Of a stretch of 64,000 bases of DNA, positions 48,950 through 58,933 are shown piece after piece; within the stretch, counting starts at the first letter, position 1; each line of letters starts with the position of its first letter. The notes below the pieces were generated by a model. It was not told where the DNA came from, made no database searches, and was given only the letters and a program-made list of their open reading frames with translations. The DNA lies in NCBI GenBank assembly GCA_963714015.1, contig OY970223.1, positions 2,816,001-2,880,000 of the forward strand, written 5' to 3'. The position numbers were made by a program, and so were the translations under genes. Origin of the DNA: Vulcanimicrobiota bacterium (GTDB lineage: Bacteria > Vulcanimicrobiota > Vulcanimicrobiia > Vulcanimicrobiales > Vulcanimicrobiaceae).

Positions 48950-50203
48950 ATGGGAGTCGTGAATCGGGAAGCACCGGCGGTGGCGATATCGTACGTACAC
49001 GGCTACCGCGATCTGGAAATATTGCGCTTGAGCAATTGCCTGCGGCGAGACGGCGTTGATTGCGAAATCGACCAATACGAGCCTGCGCCGGAAACGGGTT
49101 GGGCGCGTTGGATGGCAGAGATGATGACGGAGCGCATCGTGCTCGTCGTGTGCTCGGAATTGTACAACCGGCGCTACCATCTTCGCGACTCGCCCGGAGT
49201 GGGACTCGGTGCGACGTTCGAGAGTGGTCTGCTCGTTCAGCGTGCTCTCGATGCGCAGGGGCGCAACAAGAGCATCATTCCGCTGCTTTTGGATTCGAAC
49301 GATGCTCGGTTCGTTCCGGATTTTCTCAAGGATGTGACGCGTTACGACTTAAGCCACGGCGGCGGCTACGAGGATCTGCTGCGTCGACTGACCAACCAGC
49401 CGGCCGTCCTGCGCCCTCCGTTGGGCACCGTTCCCCACCTTCCGCCAATCGTAGCCGATCCCGCTATGGCAACGCGCCGCAATCTCATTTTGTTTCAGTC
49501 CGAATCCTCCGGGTTTTTCGGCATGCCGCTCCTGGATGTCGAACGTGCCGAAAGCTTTCGCTTGACCGTCACGCCTGATGATTCGGCGGACGTCGCCAAA
49601 CTGCGCAGCCTCAAGAACGAACGCGGCCGCTTCCCGATCGCCTACGGATTGACGGCAGCCTTCGTTCGGCTGCGCAACCTCCGCGAGTTCATGCGAGACG
49701 CGCAAGAGCGCTTCGAACTGGACCTCGTCGAAGTTCCATTCAACAGCGGATTTGGTACCGAAATGTCTTACAACGGAATATCCGCAGACAAGATCGCGGA
49801 AATGCGTGCGCGCCGGATACTTCTGGACGAACCTTTGCCAAACGTTGGCGGCAGCGGATGGGGCGGCGATCTCAATCAGATGACTTTCGAGATGTTCGTA
49901 AGCGGAAGCTCCTCGAGCGGCGACCGCCTCGCCGTGAAATCGTCCCCTGTTCCGCCGCTTGTGCGGGCCATGTCCAACAGCAACGATACGGTCCCGGCAA
50001 CCAAATTGGTGTGCGTCATGCTGCTGATCCTGAGTGGTGCCGTCGAGCATATCTCGCGCCTTGAAATGTCGCTGGAAAGGGGCGATATGCGAATTGATTT
50101 TGAGGGAATTCGGCATAAGACGTACTCGAACGCCGAGCCGGCGCGTATCACGCTGTCGGGCGTTTGCCCGGTGAGTGGAACGGCGAACCAGTACACACAA
50201 TGA
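48950..50203 (+). CDS. SEFIR/TIR-domain protein with an uncharacterised C-terminal domain
   Basis: VAISY..LRRDGVDCEIDQY..GWARWM..VLVVCSELY..GLGATFE..IIPLL. Confidence 0.85.
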   Translation: MGVVNREAPAVAISYVHGYRDLEILRLSNCLRRDGVDCEIDQYEPAPETGWARWMAEMMTERIVLVVCSELYNRRYHLRDSPGVGLGATFESGLLVQRALDAQGRNKSIIPLLLDSNDARFVPDFLKDVTRYDLSHGGGYEDLLRRLTNQPAVLRPPLGTVPHLPPIVADPAMATRRNLILFQSESSGFFGMPLLDVERAESFRLTVTPDDSADVAKLRSLKNERGRFPIAYGLTAAFVRLRNLREFMRDAQERFELDLVEVPFNSGFGTEMSYNGISADKIAEMRARRILLDEPLPNVGGSGWGGDLNQMTFEMFVSGSSSSGDRLAVKSSPVPPLVRAMSNSNDTVPATKLVCVMLLILSGAVEHISRLEMSLERGDMRIDFEGIRHKTYSNAEPARITLSGVCPVSGTANQYTQ

Positions 50204-50208
50204 AACCA

Positions 50209-50364
50209 TTAAAGCCCGCCGGTCTTCAGCTTTTCCAAGGCGATTCGCATGGCACCCTCGACGACCCAACCGCCGACTGCTTTGCCGGTGCCTTTCGCGA
50301 CCTCCCACGCCTTCGTTAGGGCAGATCGGATCTTAGAAGGGCTCGGCGTGTCTTTCGAAATTTC
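50209..50364 (-). pseudogene. 3' end of the AbiTii-domain gene split by the ISL3 element
   Basis: EISKDTPSPSKIRSAL..LKTGGL* begins exactly at the GAAATTTC duplication. Confidence 0.85.
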
Positions 50365-50599
50365 GGGTATCCGTAATACATTGTTGGTCGGGCCGAGCGG
50401 CAGGCCCGGTAATACGACATGAATATCGCAACACATTGTTGACGGGTGCTCCAAGACATGATAGTTTAATATCGTAATCTATCGTTGGAGGAGCCGGTGT
50501 GACCGCAGCCGAGTTAACCGCTGTTGGGCGTAATTCCCAAATTGAAGATGCCGACTCCGACCCTTATTGGCACGAGGCCCGCCGCGACGGTGCTCATCC

Positions 50600-51952
50600 A
50601 TGAGCGGGAACATTCTCAACCTCCCGCAGTACCGCGTCGAGCACGTGGATGAAGGTGAACACGACTACCACGTTTACGCCGAGACGCTGCACCCTCGCGT
50701 CGTTTGCGAATGCGGCTCGCATGACGTGAGCCGGTGGGGGACGCACGAGCAGGTCGTCAGGGACTTACCGATGCACGGGAAGCGCGTCGGGATCTACCTA
50801 CGCACACGCCGCTTCCGTTGCAACGCTTGTGAGAAGACCGGTTTCGAGCGCCTTCCGGCTGTTTCTGAAAAGCGGGCAATGACGGAGCGTCTTGTTCGCT
50901 GGATCGGCGCGCAGAGCCTCAAGCGCACGTTTTCCTCCGTTGCCGAAGAGGTTGGCGTGACGGAAGGTACCGTCCGCAATATCTTCCGCGATCACGTTAC
51001 CGATCTGGAAACGCAGGTGCGGTTCGAAGTGCCGCGGTGGCTCGGGATAGACGAAATCCATATCATTCGCAGGCCGCGCTGCGTCGTCTCGAACATCGAG
51101 GCGAAGGCTATCGTCAATATCTTGCCCGACCGCAATAAGCGAACCGTTATGGCGTATCTGCACGCGATGAAGGGGCGAGGGCGGGTGAAGTATGTCGCGA
51201 TGGATATGTGGACGCCCTACCGCGATGCCGCCGCCGCCGTCTTGCCCGACGCGAAGGTCGTGATCGATAAGTTCCACGTCGTCCGAATGGCCAACGTGGC
51301 CATGGAGCAGGTGCGCAAGACCCTGCGGGCCCGGCTTTCGCCGAAAGAACGGCGGGGGCTCATGCACGATCGCTTCTTGCTGCTCAAGAGGGAGTACGAA
51401 TTGACTGCGCAGCAGCGGTTCCTTGTGAGTTCCTGGGCGACGCTGCATCCCGAACTAGGCGAAGCGCACCGGCTCAAAGAGCAGTTCTTTGCCATCTACG
51501 ACGCAGAGGACAGGCACGACGCCGTAGACCGCTACGGCAAGTGGGCAACGAGCATTCCGCCGTCCCTGAAGGCGGCCTTCTCCCCAATCACCACGGCTTG
51601 GCGCACATGGCACGACCCGATCCTCAACTATTTCGACCATCCGATCACCAACGCATACACGGAATCGCTGAACAATCTGATTCGCGTCATGAACCGGCTG
51701 GGGCGGGGCTATTCCTTCGAGGCGTTGCGGGCCAAGATTCTCTTCACCGAGGGGCTGCACAAGCACAGCAATAGGCGACCCAAATGGGAACGGCGCTCAT
51801 CACGGCGCGAGTCTGGCAAGACGTACATGTCGGCGATCATATCCTACGACGCGGCGGAGTTCAGCCGGCGCGCGTTTGAGGCAGAGGATGCCATCAACCT
51901 CGGCGTGGACATCGCAGCATTAACACGTCGAATCGAGGCCGGTCGTTTCTAA
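50600..51952 (+). CDS. ISL3 family transposase
   Basis: Zn finger CECG..RRFRCNAC, LGIDE, AMDMWTPY, IDKFHVV and TNAYTESLNN. Confidence 0.96.
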   Translation: MSGNILNLPQYRVEHVDEGEHDYHVYAETLHPRVVCECGSHDVSRWGTHEQVVRDLPMHGKRVGIYLRTRRFRCNACEKTGFERLPAVSEKRAMTERLVRWIGAQSLKRTFSSVAEEVGVTEGTVRNIFRDHVTDLETQVRFEVPRWLGIDEIHIIRRPRCVVSNIEAKAIVNILPDRNKRTVMAYLHAMKGRGRVKYVAMDMWTPYRDAAAAVLPDAKVVIDKFHVVRMANVAMEQVRKTLRARLSPKERRGLMHDRFLLLKREYELTAQQRFLVSSWATLHPELGEAHRLKEQFFAIYDAEDRHDAVDRYGKWATSIPPSLKAAFSPITTAWRTWHDPILNYFDHPITNAYTESLNNLIRVMNRLGRGYSFEALRAKILFTEGLHKHSNRRPKWERRSSRRESGKTYMSAIISYDAAEFSRRAFEAEDAINLGVDIAALTRRIEAGRF

Positions 51953-52000
51953 GTCGCGTCCATCGAGCTCCCTTTACAGTCGTTGCTTCAGAGATCGGTC

Positions 52001-53461
52001 TTATGGAAGATTCGGATCGCCGTAGTGCACCGCAGGATTATTTGGTGAATAGGTCGCGGTTATAGTGCACGGTGCCTTTGGAGGGATCGATTGCGTTTCC
52101 ACGGCGACTTCCTTAAACGTGGACGTGCCGCCGATCATCTCGTCTATGTCGTAGGATAATTTATGCGCGTAGGTATAAATGTCGCTGCCATGAGGGCCTT
52201 TAATGCCCGTATCGCAACTTGATGTTTCGACTGAGCTCTGCAGAATCGCACAGTAGCCATGCGAATCCATACTACACTTTGCCGGCTGCGGGTCGGTGAC
52301 TTCCCAGGCGGGATAACCTTGCGCATCGGTATACTGCCCGAATGAATACACATATCCGTTCCCTGAGCCGTCATCGACGAAACACCCGCCTTGGGGCGTG
52401 TGCACGGAATAGTCGCTAAAACCCAGTCCGCGCCAATAGTTGTTTTGATCGTTGCCGGTCGATTCATCCGCGACCTGGATATCGTCGGCGCTCGCGTCCG
52501 GTACCATCGGGCAACCGATAAGAGTCGGCGATTCATAGTCGTACTCGTCGAGTGTCCATCCGATGAAACCGTTTGAACCCGCTTGCAGCCCGGCGTTACT
52601 AGACAAGAAATTACCGGTCCCTTCGTATACCTGGTCCCATTGGCTCGTCGCATAGTTATAAATAAATGCATACCAGTCCGAGGTGTTGGGATCGGTGGTG
52701 GGCTGTTCTGACTCCACGGTGATGCGTGGTATTCCGTCCCCAAAGTTCCGAATGTAGTTGTTTTGAAACGTACTGTCCATAACGTCGACAACCGGGTAGC
52801 CCTCGAACGCATTCTGGCCCGTATTGCAAAAATCGCCCACCCAAAAGATCGACGTCGTATTTGACTGTCCATTTAGGCGGTAGAAGTCAGTGCCAGTTTC
52901 GAGGCAATTGCCTGTACCAGTGCCGAGGCTGCACGGTGGCCCGAAATCGTTGCAACCGCCATGCAAGTTGGTAGCTATGTTATTGTCGCAGCCAATGCCC
53001 GAATCGCTGCCAGAACACGTTGTACCCGGCGGAGTCAGGGATACCGAGCCTCCGTTCGTATAAGCGCTAAGATCCGCATAAGCGTCGTCATAGCCGTTGT
53101 TGATGTCAAAGCCCACTTGCTGGCCGGTTTGTCCAGAAAACTGTGATAGCGGGATACGACCCCGATTTGCCCTTCTAATGTGAAGGACATTCGTAAAAAA
53201 CGCGTCGGAATGGCGCAATTCTGCTGGCGCTTGAATTCGGCGTATCGAGCTTGGCATCGTGCCAATCGTACTTGGACTGAACGAAGCCGGAAGAGGCGTC
53301 GCCGCCGTGGCGGTCTGGAGCGGTTCCAGCAGATACGGCGAGTCGTCAACTTTCGAAAGTGGTGGCCTTGGCACTGTAACCGTGGCCGGCAACTGCGAGC
53401 ATGCAGCGAACACTAACAAGAAAAGAGTCGCAGTTAAAGAAGATTTATTGAGACTCACCAC
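52001..53461 (-). CDS. Secreted Cys-rich lipoprotein (IS passenger)
   Basis: Lipobox FAAC after a hydrophobic signal; beta-rich, rich in G, D, N, Y and C. Confidence 0.8.
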   Translation of the reverse strand: MVSLNKSSLTATLFLLVFAACSQLPATVTVPRPPLSKVDDSPYLLEPLQTATAATPLPASFSPSTIGTMPSSIRRIQAPAELRHSDAFFTNVLHIRRANRGRIPLSQFSGQTGQQVGFDINNGYDDAYADLSAYTNGGSVSLTPPGTTCSGSDSGIGCDNNIATNLHGGCNDFGPPCSLGTGTGNCLETGTDFYRLNGQSNTTSIFWVGDFCNTGQNAFEGYPVVDVMDSTFQNNYIRNFGDGIPRITVESEQPTTDPNTSDWYAFIYNYATSQWDQVYEGTGNFLSSNAGLQAGSNGFIGWTLDEYDYESPTLIGCPMVPDASADDIQVADESTGNDQNNYWRGLGFSDYSVHTPQGGCFVDDGSGNGYVYSFGQYTDAQGYPAWEVTDPQPAKCSMDSHGYCAILQSSVETSSCDTGIKGPHGSDIYTYAHKLSYDIDEMIGGTSTFKEVAVETQSIPPKAPCTITATYSPNNPAVHYGDPNLP

Positions 53462-53481
53462 GTCCAGTTTTTTCGCCTCCG

Positions 53482-53943
53482 TTAGTTATTATTGAATATA
53501 TCCCATCTTTGGACAAAGCGATATGTTCTCACCACTGAGCCGCATCGCGTAGGCGCTGAGGTGTACTTTGAACGCATTGCTGACATCTTGGCTTGATGAT
53601 CGAGAATAGCCATACCCGAGGAGATTAGCATCACGGCCGATAGGGGATCGCCGTTGGCATCCACGCGAACCAATATGACTGTGGGCTGTTCGGGGAGTTT
53701 GATTCCAGACTCACGCGGAAGTTCTATTGCTGGCTGTGCTCGCACGATCAAATCTGCCTGGGTCGGGCATCGCTCAGCGCATGCAGCCGAGGAGGTCTGC
53801 ATGCTTGTGAACATAAGCAACGCCATAATCCAGAGGGATGGGACGACGGCAGTGGAATGCCACGACAGCGCAGTCCGGCGTCGAGAGGGGAACCTCGCAC
53901 AAAAACTGCGGGTCAACTCGTCAAGCAAATAAACACCCGGCAA
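53482..53943 (-). CDS. TonB C-terminal-like domain protein (IS passenger); start codon uncertain
   Basis: VILVRVDANGDPLSAVMLISSGMAILDHQAKMSAMRSKY. Confidence 0.65.
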   Translation of the reverse strand: MPGVYLLDELTRSFCARFPSRRRTALSWHSTAVVPSLWIMALLMFTSMQTSSAACAERCPTQADLIVRAQPAIELPRESGIKLPEQPTVILVRVDANGDPLSAVMLISSGMAILDHQAKMSAMRSKYTSAPTRCGSVVRTYRFVQRWDIFNNN

Positions 53944-54061
53944 CGGTTCAAGACCATCTAGGATCTACTTCTGGAAACCTGGACCTGCACCTTTGCCTAG
54001 ATCGAACCACGGCGGCGAGGAGGGCCTTGTAGGCGCTTCTTGCCACACGGGATCAACACCG

Positions 54062-54136
54062 GACGAGGAAGACGACGTAAACTTCGGAACCGACATTTCA
54101 ACACTGACGCAGCGACGCGAAAATAATCGGTTCTAG
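54062..54136 (+). pseudogene. Remnant 3' end of a second, divergent ISL3 transposase
   Basis: DEEDDVNFGTDISTLTQRRENNRF* versus EAEDAINLGVDIAALTRRIEAGRF* at the end of the intact transposase. Confidence 0.8.
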
Positions 54137-54166
54137 TGCAGGATCAACGATAGAATCCGAATAGCC

Positions 54167-54940
54167 GAAATTTCTTCTTCAACGATTGCCAGCTCTGCTT
54201 CGACCTGTTGCTTTGATTTCGAATCTGCGCCGGACGACGCCCAACGAATTGCCTGCAAAAGATCCGTGAGGCCCTTTGCGTCGATGCCGGTTTGCGTGAT
54301 CGATTGCACGTTTACTTGGGATTCGCCCGAAACGTCGCCCCAGACGCCTACATTTCCGATCGAGCGAATGTTGTAGATAACAGGTGAGGTCTTCGCTTTG
54401 TTGGCCTCCGCGGGCGAGAAGCTAACGCCGCTCCCTGTGATGCCTTGCCGCTCCAGTTCGAGCGCCCAATCAAGAATGCGATCTCGAACGGCCTGAATTA
54501 CGCGCTCCATTTCAGAACGATCTACCATTATCCGGACATCAAGCGGTTCGCCCATGTTATGTGCCGCCGCATCCATCAACCACTGCGGCGTCCGCAACAT
54601 CAGCGTTCCGTCATCGGAGACTCTGATGGGCCATATCCTCAATTTGGCTGATGGGATTCCCAATTGGCTGAACGGACGCACGGTCGTTATCCGCTTGATT
54701 ATCAAAAATGACGGGACGCCACCCGAGCATGGGGTTCCACCAGCGTGCAACACCACGCACGTCGCGATACTTCGGAATGCTTGCGGCTGCCTTATACCCC
54801 GCTTGCTCGTGCTCGACCCAGTCCAGCGTATCGGAAAGCTGAAGCTTCGTCGCGACCAATTTCACTTTTCGCAAAAGGTCCACGACGCGAACGTTCGGAT
54901 CGAGACAACGGTTTTGGAGTTCTTCGACGATGCTTGCCAA
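54167..54940 (-). pseudogene. 5' part of the AbiTii-domain gene (frameshift near 54625; IS-interrupted)
   Basis: TTG after GGAGG. ASIVEELQ..DLLRKVKLVATKL..WVEHEQAGY..IPKYR..WNPMLGW and VRDRILDWALELE..FSPAE. Confidence 0.85.
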
Positions 54941-55439
54941 GCGGGCTTCCTCCGATGCGGCGGCGACGCGGCTGTTCCAGGGCGGCTTGTCGGAATCATT
55001 CTGGCCCAGCAAGCGAAATGCACGTCCTACCAGGTAATGGGTAGCGCTGTAGCCGCTACCCGGCGTCCTAGCATTGCCGCTGTCGCTCGCGCTACCGTTC
55101 CCGCGTTTAGATTGAATCACGGCGCGCCGATGATCCGACTTCGGGGGCGACGCTTTTCCCGAACCGCGTCGCAGCACATGGAGGGTAGGAGCGACGAATC
55201 CGTGCTGGACCGGATTTTCTGGAAGCCCGTGCGCGGCGACATCGTCGCCGCCTAGATCCCAGTCCGGTGTAGCCGAAGGTACGTTGCGGCAAGGTGCGCG
55301 ACAAGAAGTTCCGTCGGCGCGTAGCGTCCTTGTCGGGTAGCGTCGATTAAACCGTCCATATGAACTTCGCGTCAAACGAAAATTTTTTTGTGTATTGAAC
55401 GTGCCGGGGCCTGGAAGGGATATAAATCTGCGCGGATTT

Positions 55440-55900
55440 TCAAGCGAGAGCGCTTCGTCTGGGTGGCCTTCCGTTGAACTTGGTCGCTGCCGCCACAAGT
55501 TCTTCGTAGAGCCGCTCGTTTCTGAACGACAGGTGCGCATATATGCGAGGATCTTTTCCCGCAGCCACGTTGGAACGGCGCGGAGTTTGGCCAGAGCCAG
55601 CATCACCTTCTGCACCACAACGGCGTGGACTTTTGATCTACGATGACATCCTGTGTTGCGGTCTTTCGAAGCGGCTTTTCGCGGATGCGGATGAGCGCGA
55701 TGCCGGCATTCTCAAGAGCGTCGTTTTTCCGAAGATCATCAGCCTCTCTTCCGGCATGCCAGTACGATCCGTCGTATTCGATGCCTGGTGCCAGAGAGGG
55801 GATGAAGATGTCTACTTGGTGTCTCGCAAAGCGGCGTCCGTGTTGAGCGTCCGCAAAAACGCTCTTTAATTCTACGCCGCCCGGCAAGGAGATGCTGCTA
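55440..55900 (-). pseudogene. Fragment of a DUF559/Vsr-like endonuclease domain gene
   Basis: VDIFIPSL..IEYDGSYWH..DLRKN..GIALIRIRE; no clear 5' end and at least two frameshifts. Confidence 0.7.
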
Positions 55901-55974
55901 GACCTGCTTCCGCGGAGCCGCGCGAGCCGTGCGCCGCGAGGCTCTTCCACGCCGATCCGTTCGACGAAGCCGGT

Positions 55975-55998
55975 GGCTATTTCGGATTCTTCGTGGAA
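55975..55998. mobile_element. Orphan ISL3-type terminal repeat facing rightwards
   Basis: GGCTATTTCGGATTCTTCGTGGAA versus the element's right end GGCTATTCGGATTCTATCGTTGAT. Confidence 0.55.
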
Positions 55999-56077
55999 CC
56001 GCAGCCTTGGGACAGCCAGCAGATCTGCATGCCGGGCTGATCGGATCTTCCGGCATCAGCGTTTCCGCAACTGCCCC

Positions 56078-57770
56078 CTACAGCATGGCTTCTCTGTCTT
56101 GCTCAATCGCTTCAACGACGGACGCAGTATCAACGTTCACCCGAAGAACAACCTGTGACGAATCCTGAGAGACCGCATCGGCCGCGTGCGCGAGCTGCGC
56201 GGGCCAGTCGCTGATCTGCGCGTACAGCGACTTCACCAGCGCCGCCACCGCGGCTCGCGTACGGGAAACGGTCGTCGGCGGCGAGGCCGCGGAAAGGGTC
56301 CGTTCGGCGTCAATGATCTCTTCGAGAAGCGTCGCGTACCGCAACACCAGCAGCTCCGTTGAACCGGTGGGCGATGCGGCGTGCTCCAGCGCCGGCCCGA
56401 GTTCGGCGAAGGCGGCGCGAAAGCCATCCATCGCCTGGGACACGAGCGCCATGTAGGCAGCCGCGTCCACCGCCTTTGCGGGAGCGGCCTGCGCCGGGCG
56501 CGACGATCGCCCGTCCACTTCATTTCGAAGACGCTGGGACAGATCATGCCAGTAAGCCTTGATCGCATCCTTCGGCCCGCGCGTCGTCAGGTTGACTGTC
56601 AGCGTTGCGGGGGCCGACGTCGGTCGGTTGGAACGCAGCGGAGCCACGGCCTGCGCGGCGGGCCCGTCCGCAGTCCGTTGCGTCGCTCCCTCACCACCGT
56701 GCGCGGTGCGCATCCGTTGCAACGCCGCGAGGAACTCATCGGCGGCTCCTGTTCGCGACAGCTCGATGTACCCTCGCACGCCGGTTTCCGACGAGAACAG
56801 CACGTCCTGGTACATCACTACCGGCATCTGCCGGTTGTTCGAGAAGCGCCGATCCGGAGCGCCACTCTTATTCACGTACCTCCACGTCGAGCCGACGATC
56901 TTCGCGTCACGGGGAACCGCGCCGTCCTCCACGAACCTGCGCTCGGACGCGGTCGCGCGAAACCGCTCGTACGACAGCGCCCCGATGCCCCCCGCGTTCG
57001 TTATGAACACGCGGTCCGGAAGAAAGTAGAACGCGTCGCCGGCGAGCTTCAGACTTGGGATGGCGACGTTCGTCTTAAGGAACGGGGCGCGGTCTCCGCC
57101 GACCACCAGCGGACGCCGATCCACAAGGTCCGTCGCGCCGGCGTTGTGCTTGTAGTCCGTGGTCGTCTGCTTCGAGGCTGACGCTCCACGCACGGGCGCA
57201 CGAGCCGATCTGCATGACGCCCTCGTACAGCGCGCGAAACGCGTCTTCGACGGCCGGTTCCAAATCGTACATAACCACGACGCTTCTCGCGCGTTGCTCT
57301 AACGCGTGCAGCGGATACGCGCCAATCACGCCAATCGCAACGATCGCCAGACCCAGGACGGCGAAGTGCGGAAGAACGCTCCAGATGGCGATGCACCAAA
57401 GTACCATCCCCATGCCGAACCACGGCGGCGTCTTGCTTTTACGCCGAATTTCGTCTAGGAGTGATTCGGCGTCCGAATCGGAGATCTCCGACGCGGGCGC
57501 GCTCTGGATCGCGTCTCCAGTCTCGGTCTGGGCGACCGGCGGCGGAGCCGAACCGTTTGACGGAACCTGGACTTCCGCCGGCCGCGACGATGATCTGTTG
57601 AAAAGGTACTTCCGGTAATACAGGCCCTCGCGACCGGCATGGACGTACATGCCGCGTGGCCCGCTTCCGATCCGAAAGCCCGTGACGCCCCCGGACACTC
57701 CGATGCCGCTCTTCGAAAGATTGAAGCGAATCGGACCCACCCGAAGACTCTTACGGATGTAAAAGCCCAT
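56078..57770 (-). CDS. DUF4236 domain membrane protein (frameshift near 57175)
   Basis: MGFYIRKSLRVGPIRFNLSKSGIGVSGG..GPRG, two TM segments, and TWRYVNKSGAPDRRFSNNRQMP. Confidence 0.85.
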
Positions 57771-58214
57771 GCGAAACGCTTCTTCCCTCGTCGGGAGATC
57801 CTTCGCGGGAGTTTGCGCCCCTCTTAATCGGCGGCATGCTCGCCAGCTTTTTACGGTCGCGAGAGCGGATCGGCATCGCTCCCTCGGCCCCGGTGACGCC
57901 GGCGGTCGGCATCGGACCATACGGCATCCAGGTGGAAGAACTTTTTTCTGCGCCAGTATCGCGGCTAGCGCTGCCAATAGGGGTTGGAAGCAGCCAAATC
58001 TTTCAGGACCATCAGCATGGAAGCCGCCGACACATCAAAGCCGCAGTTGACCGAGATTCAGCGGTACGATCAGCGTAAAATTTTACGCGAGCAGAATGCC
58101 GGTGAAGCCTCCGAGTTCGCGAAGCGCGTTCATCGGGGCACCTGAACCAATACGGAATCCCGTCCACGACTTAGACTCGGCGCAAACGGTGACCAAACGA
58201 TGGACGCACTCCCA

Positions 58215-58933
58215 CTACTGGGGATATTCGGAGTGTATCAGTTCGCGATCACTATCAGACAGCCTCACGGTTTAGGCCGGTCGAAAAGCCGTCAAGGGTC
58301 CACGACGCCGGGATAGGATACATCATTATGGATTTCGCATCTACCGGCGTCGACTGTACCTTGTCAGGATCGTATCGGTCGAAAATGTTGCGTTGAATGG
58401 TCGACTCGTCCCAGTTGTTAGGCGGCTGAGAAAGAACGGCAATAACTGCGGAGCGATCCCACCGAATAGGATGCGTTGGATTCTGATGCTCGTGGATTAG
58501 TCCGAAAGCGTGTCCGAATTCATGCAAAACGACCGAACTGAGGGTCGCGTCATCGCTTGAAGAATCCAGCCAACCGAAGTTCATCGTTGGCTCGCCAGTA
58601 GGAACGTCCTTGCACAGCGTTCCAATATACGACCAGGACCCGTGGCCTTGTTGGAAGCGGATGCGGACATCGGGCGTACCATTTGAGACGAAACGCAGCG
58701 TCAAGTTAGCCATTTTCGGGCCTATCCATTGTATCGCAGACTTCTGGACCCGCTTGCAAACCGCTGGATCGCCGTCCATGAATCCCGCAGTAATGATCTC
58801 CGCTGGTTCCCATTTGTTCTCACGCAGCAGTGCAGCTTTTGCGCCCTGCGTAAATCTGCGTTGAGTATGGCGAGAGGCGCGGCGGCATAACAAGCATGCA
58901 GAAGCGGGTTGCATTGGGTTCCGAGGCGCTCAT
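58215..58933 (-). CDS. M12 (astacin/tolloid-like) zinc metallopeptidase (indels near both ends)
   Basis: GSWSYIG, TMNFGW, HEFGHAFGLIHEHQNP and Met-turn SIMMY. The tail LSDSDRELIHSEYPQ* is in a shifted frame; the ATG at 58933 overlaps the upstream stop. Confidence 0.9.

Larger units (their letters stand above)
50365..54166 (+). mobile_element. ISL3-family element with passenger genes (3802 bp)
   Basis: Ends are GGGTATCCGTAATACATTGTTGGT and (reverse complement) GGCTATTCGGATTCTATCGTTGAT. Exact 8-bp target duplication GAAATTTC at 50357-50364 and 54167-54174. Confidence 0.92.

Noticed and set aside
54611..55618. 335-aa ORF as one protein
   Set aside because: Chance fusion of a DUF559-gene fragment, intergenic DNA and the AbiTii N-terminus, which has its own RBS and TTG at 54940.
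58221..58244. Third ISL3-like IR (GGATATTCGGAGTGTATC)
   Set aside because: It lies within the expected M12 C-terminal coding sequence (LIHSEYP) and disrupts nothing; likely chance.
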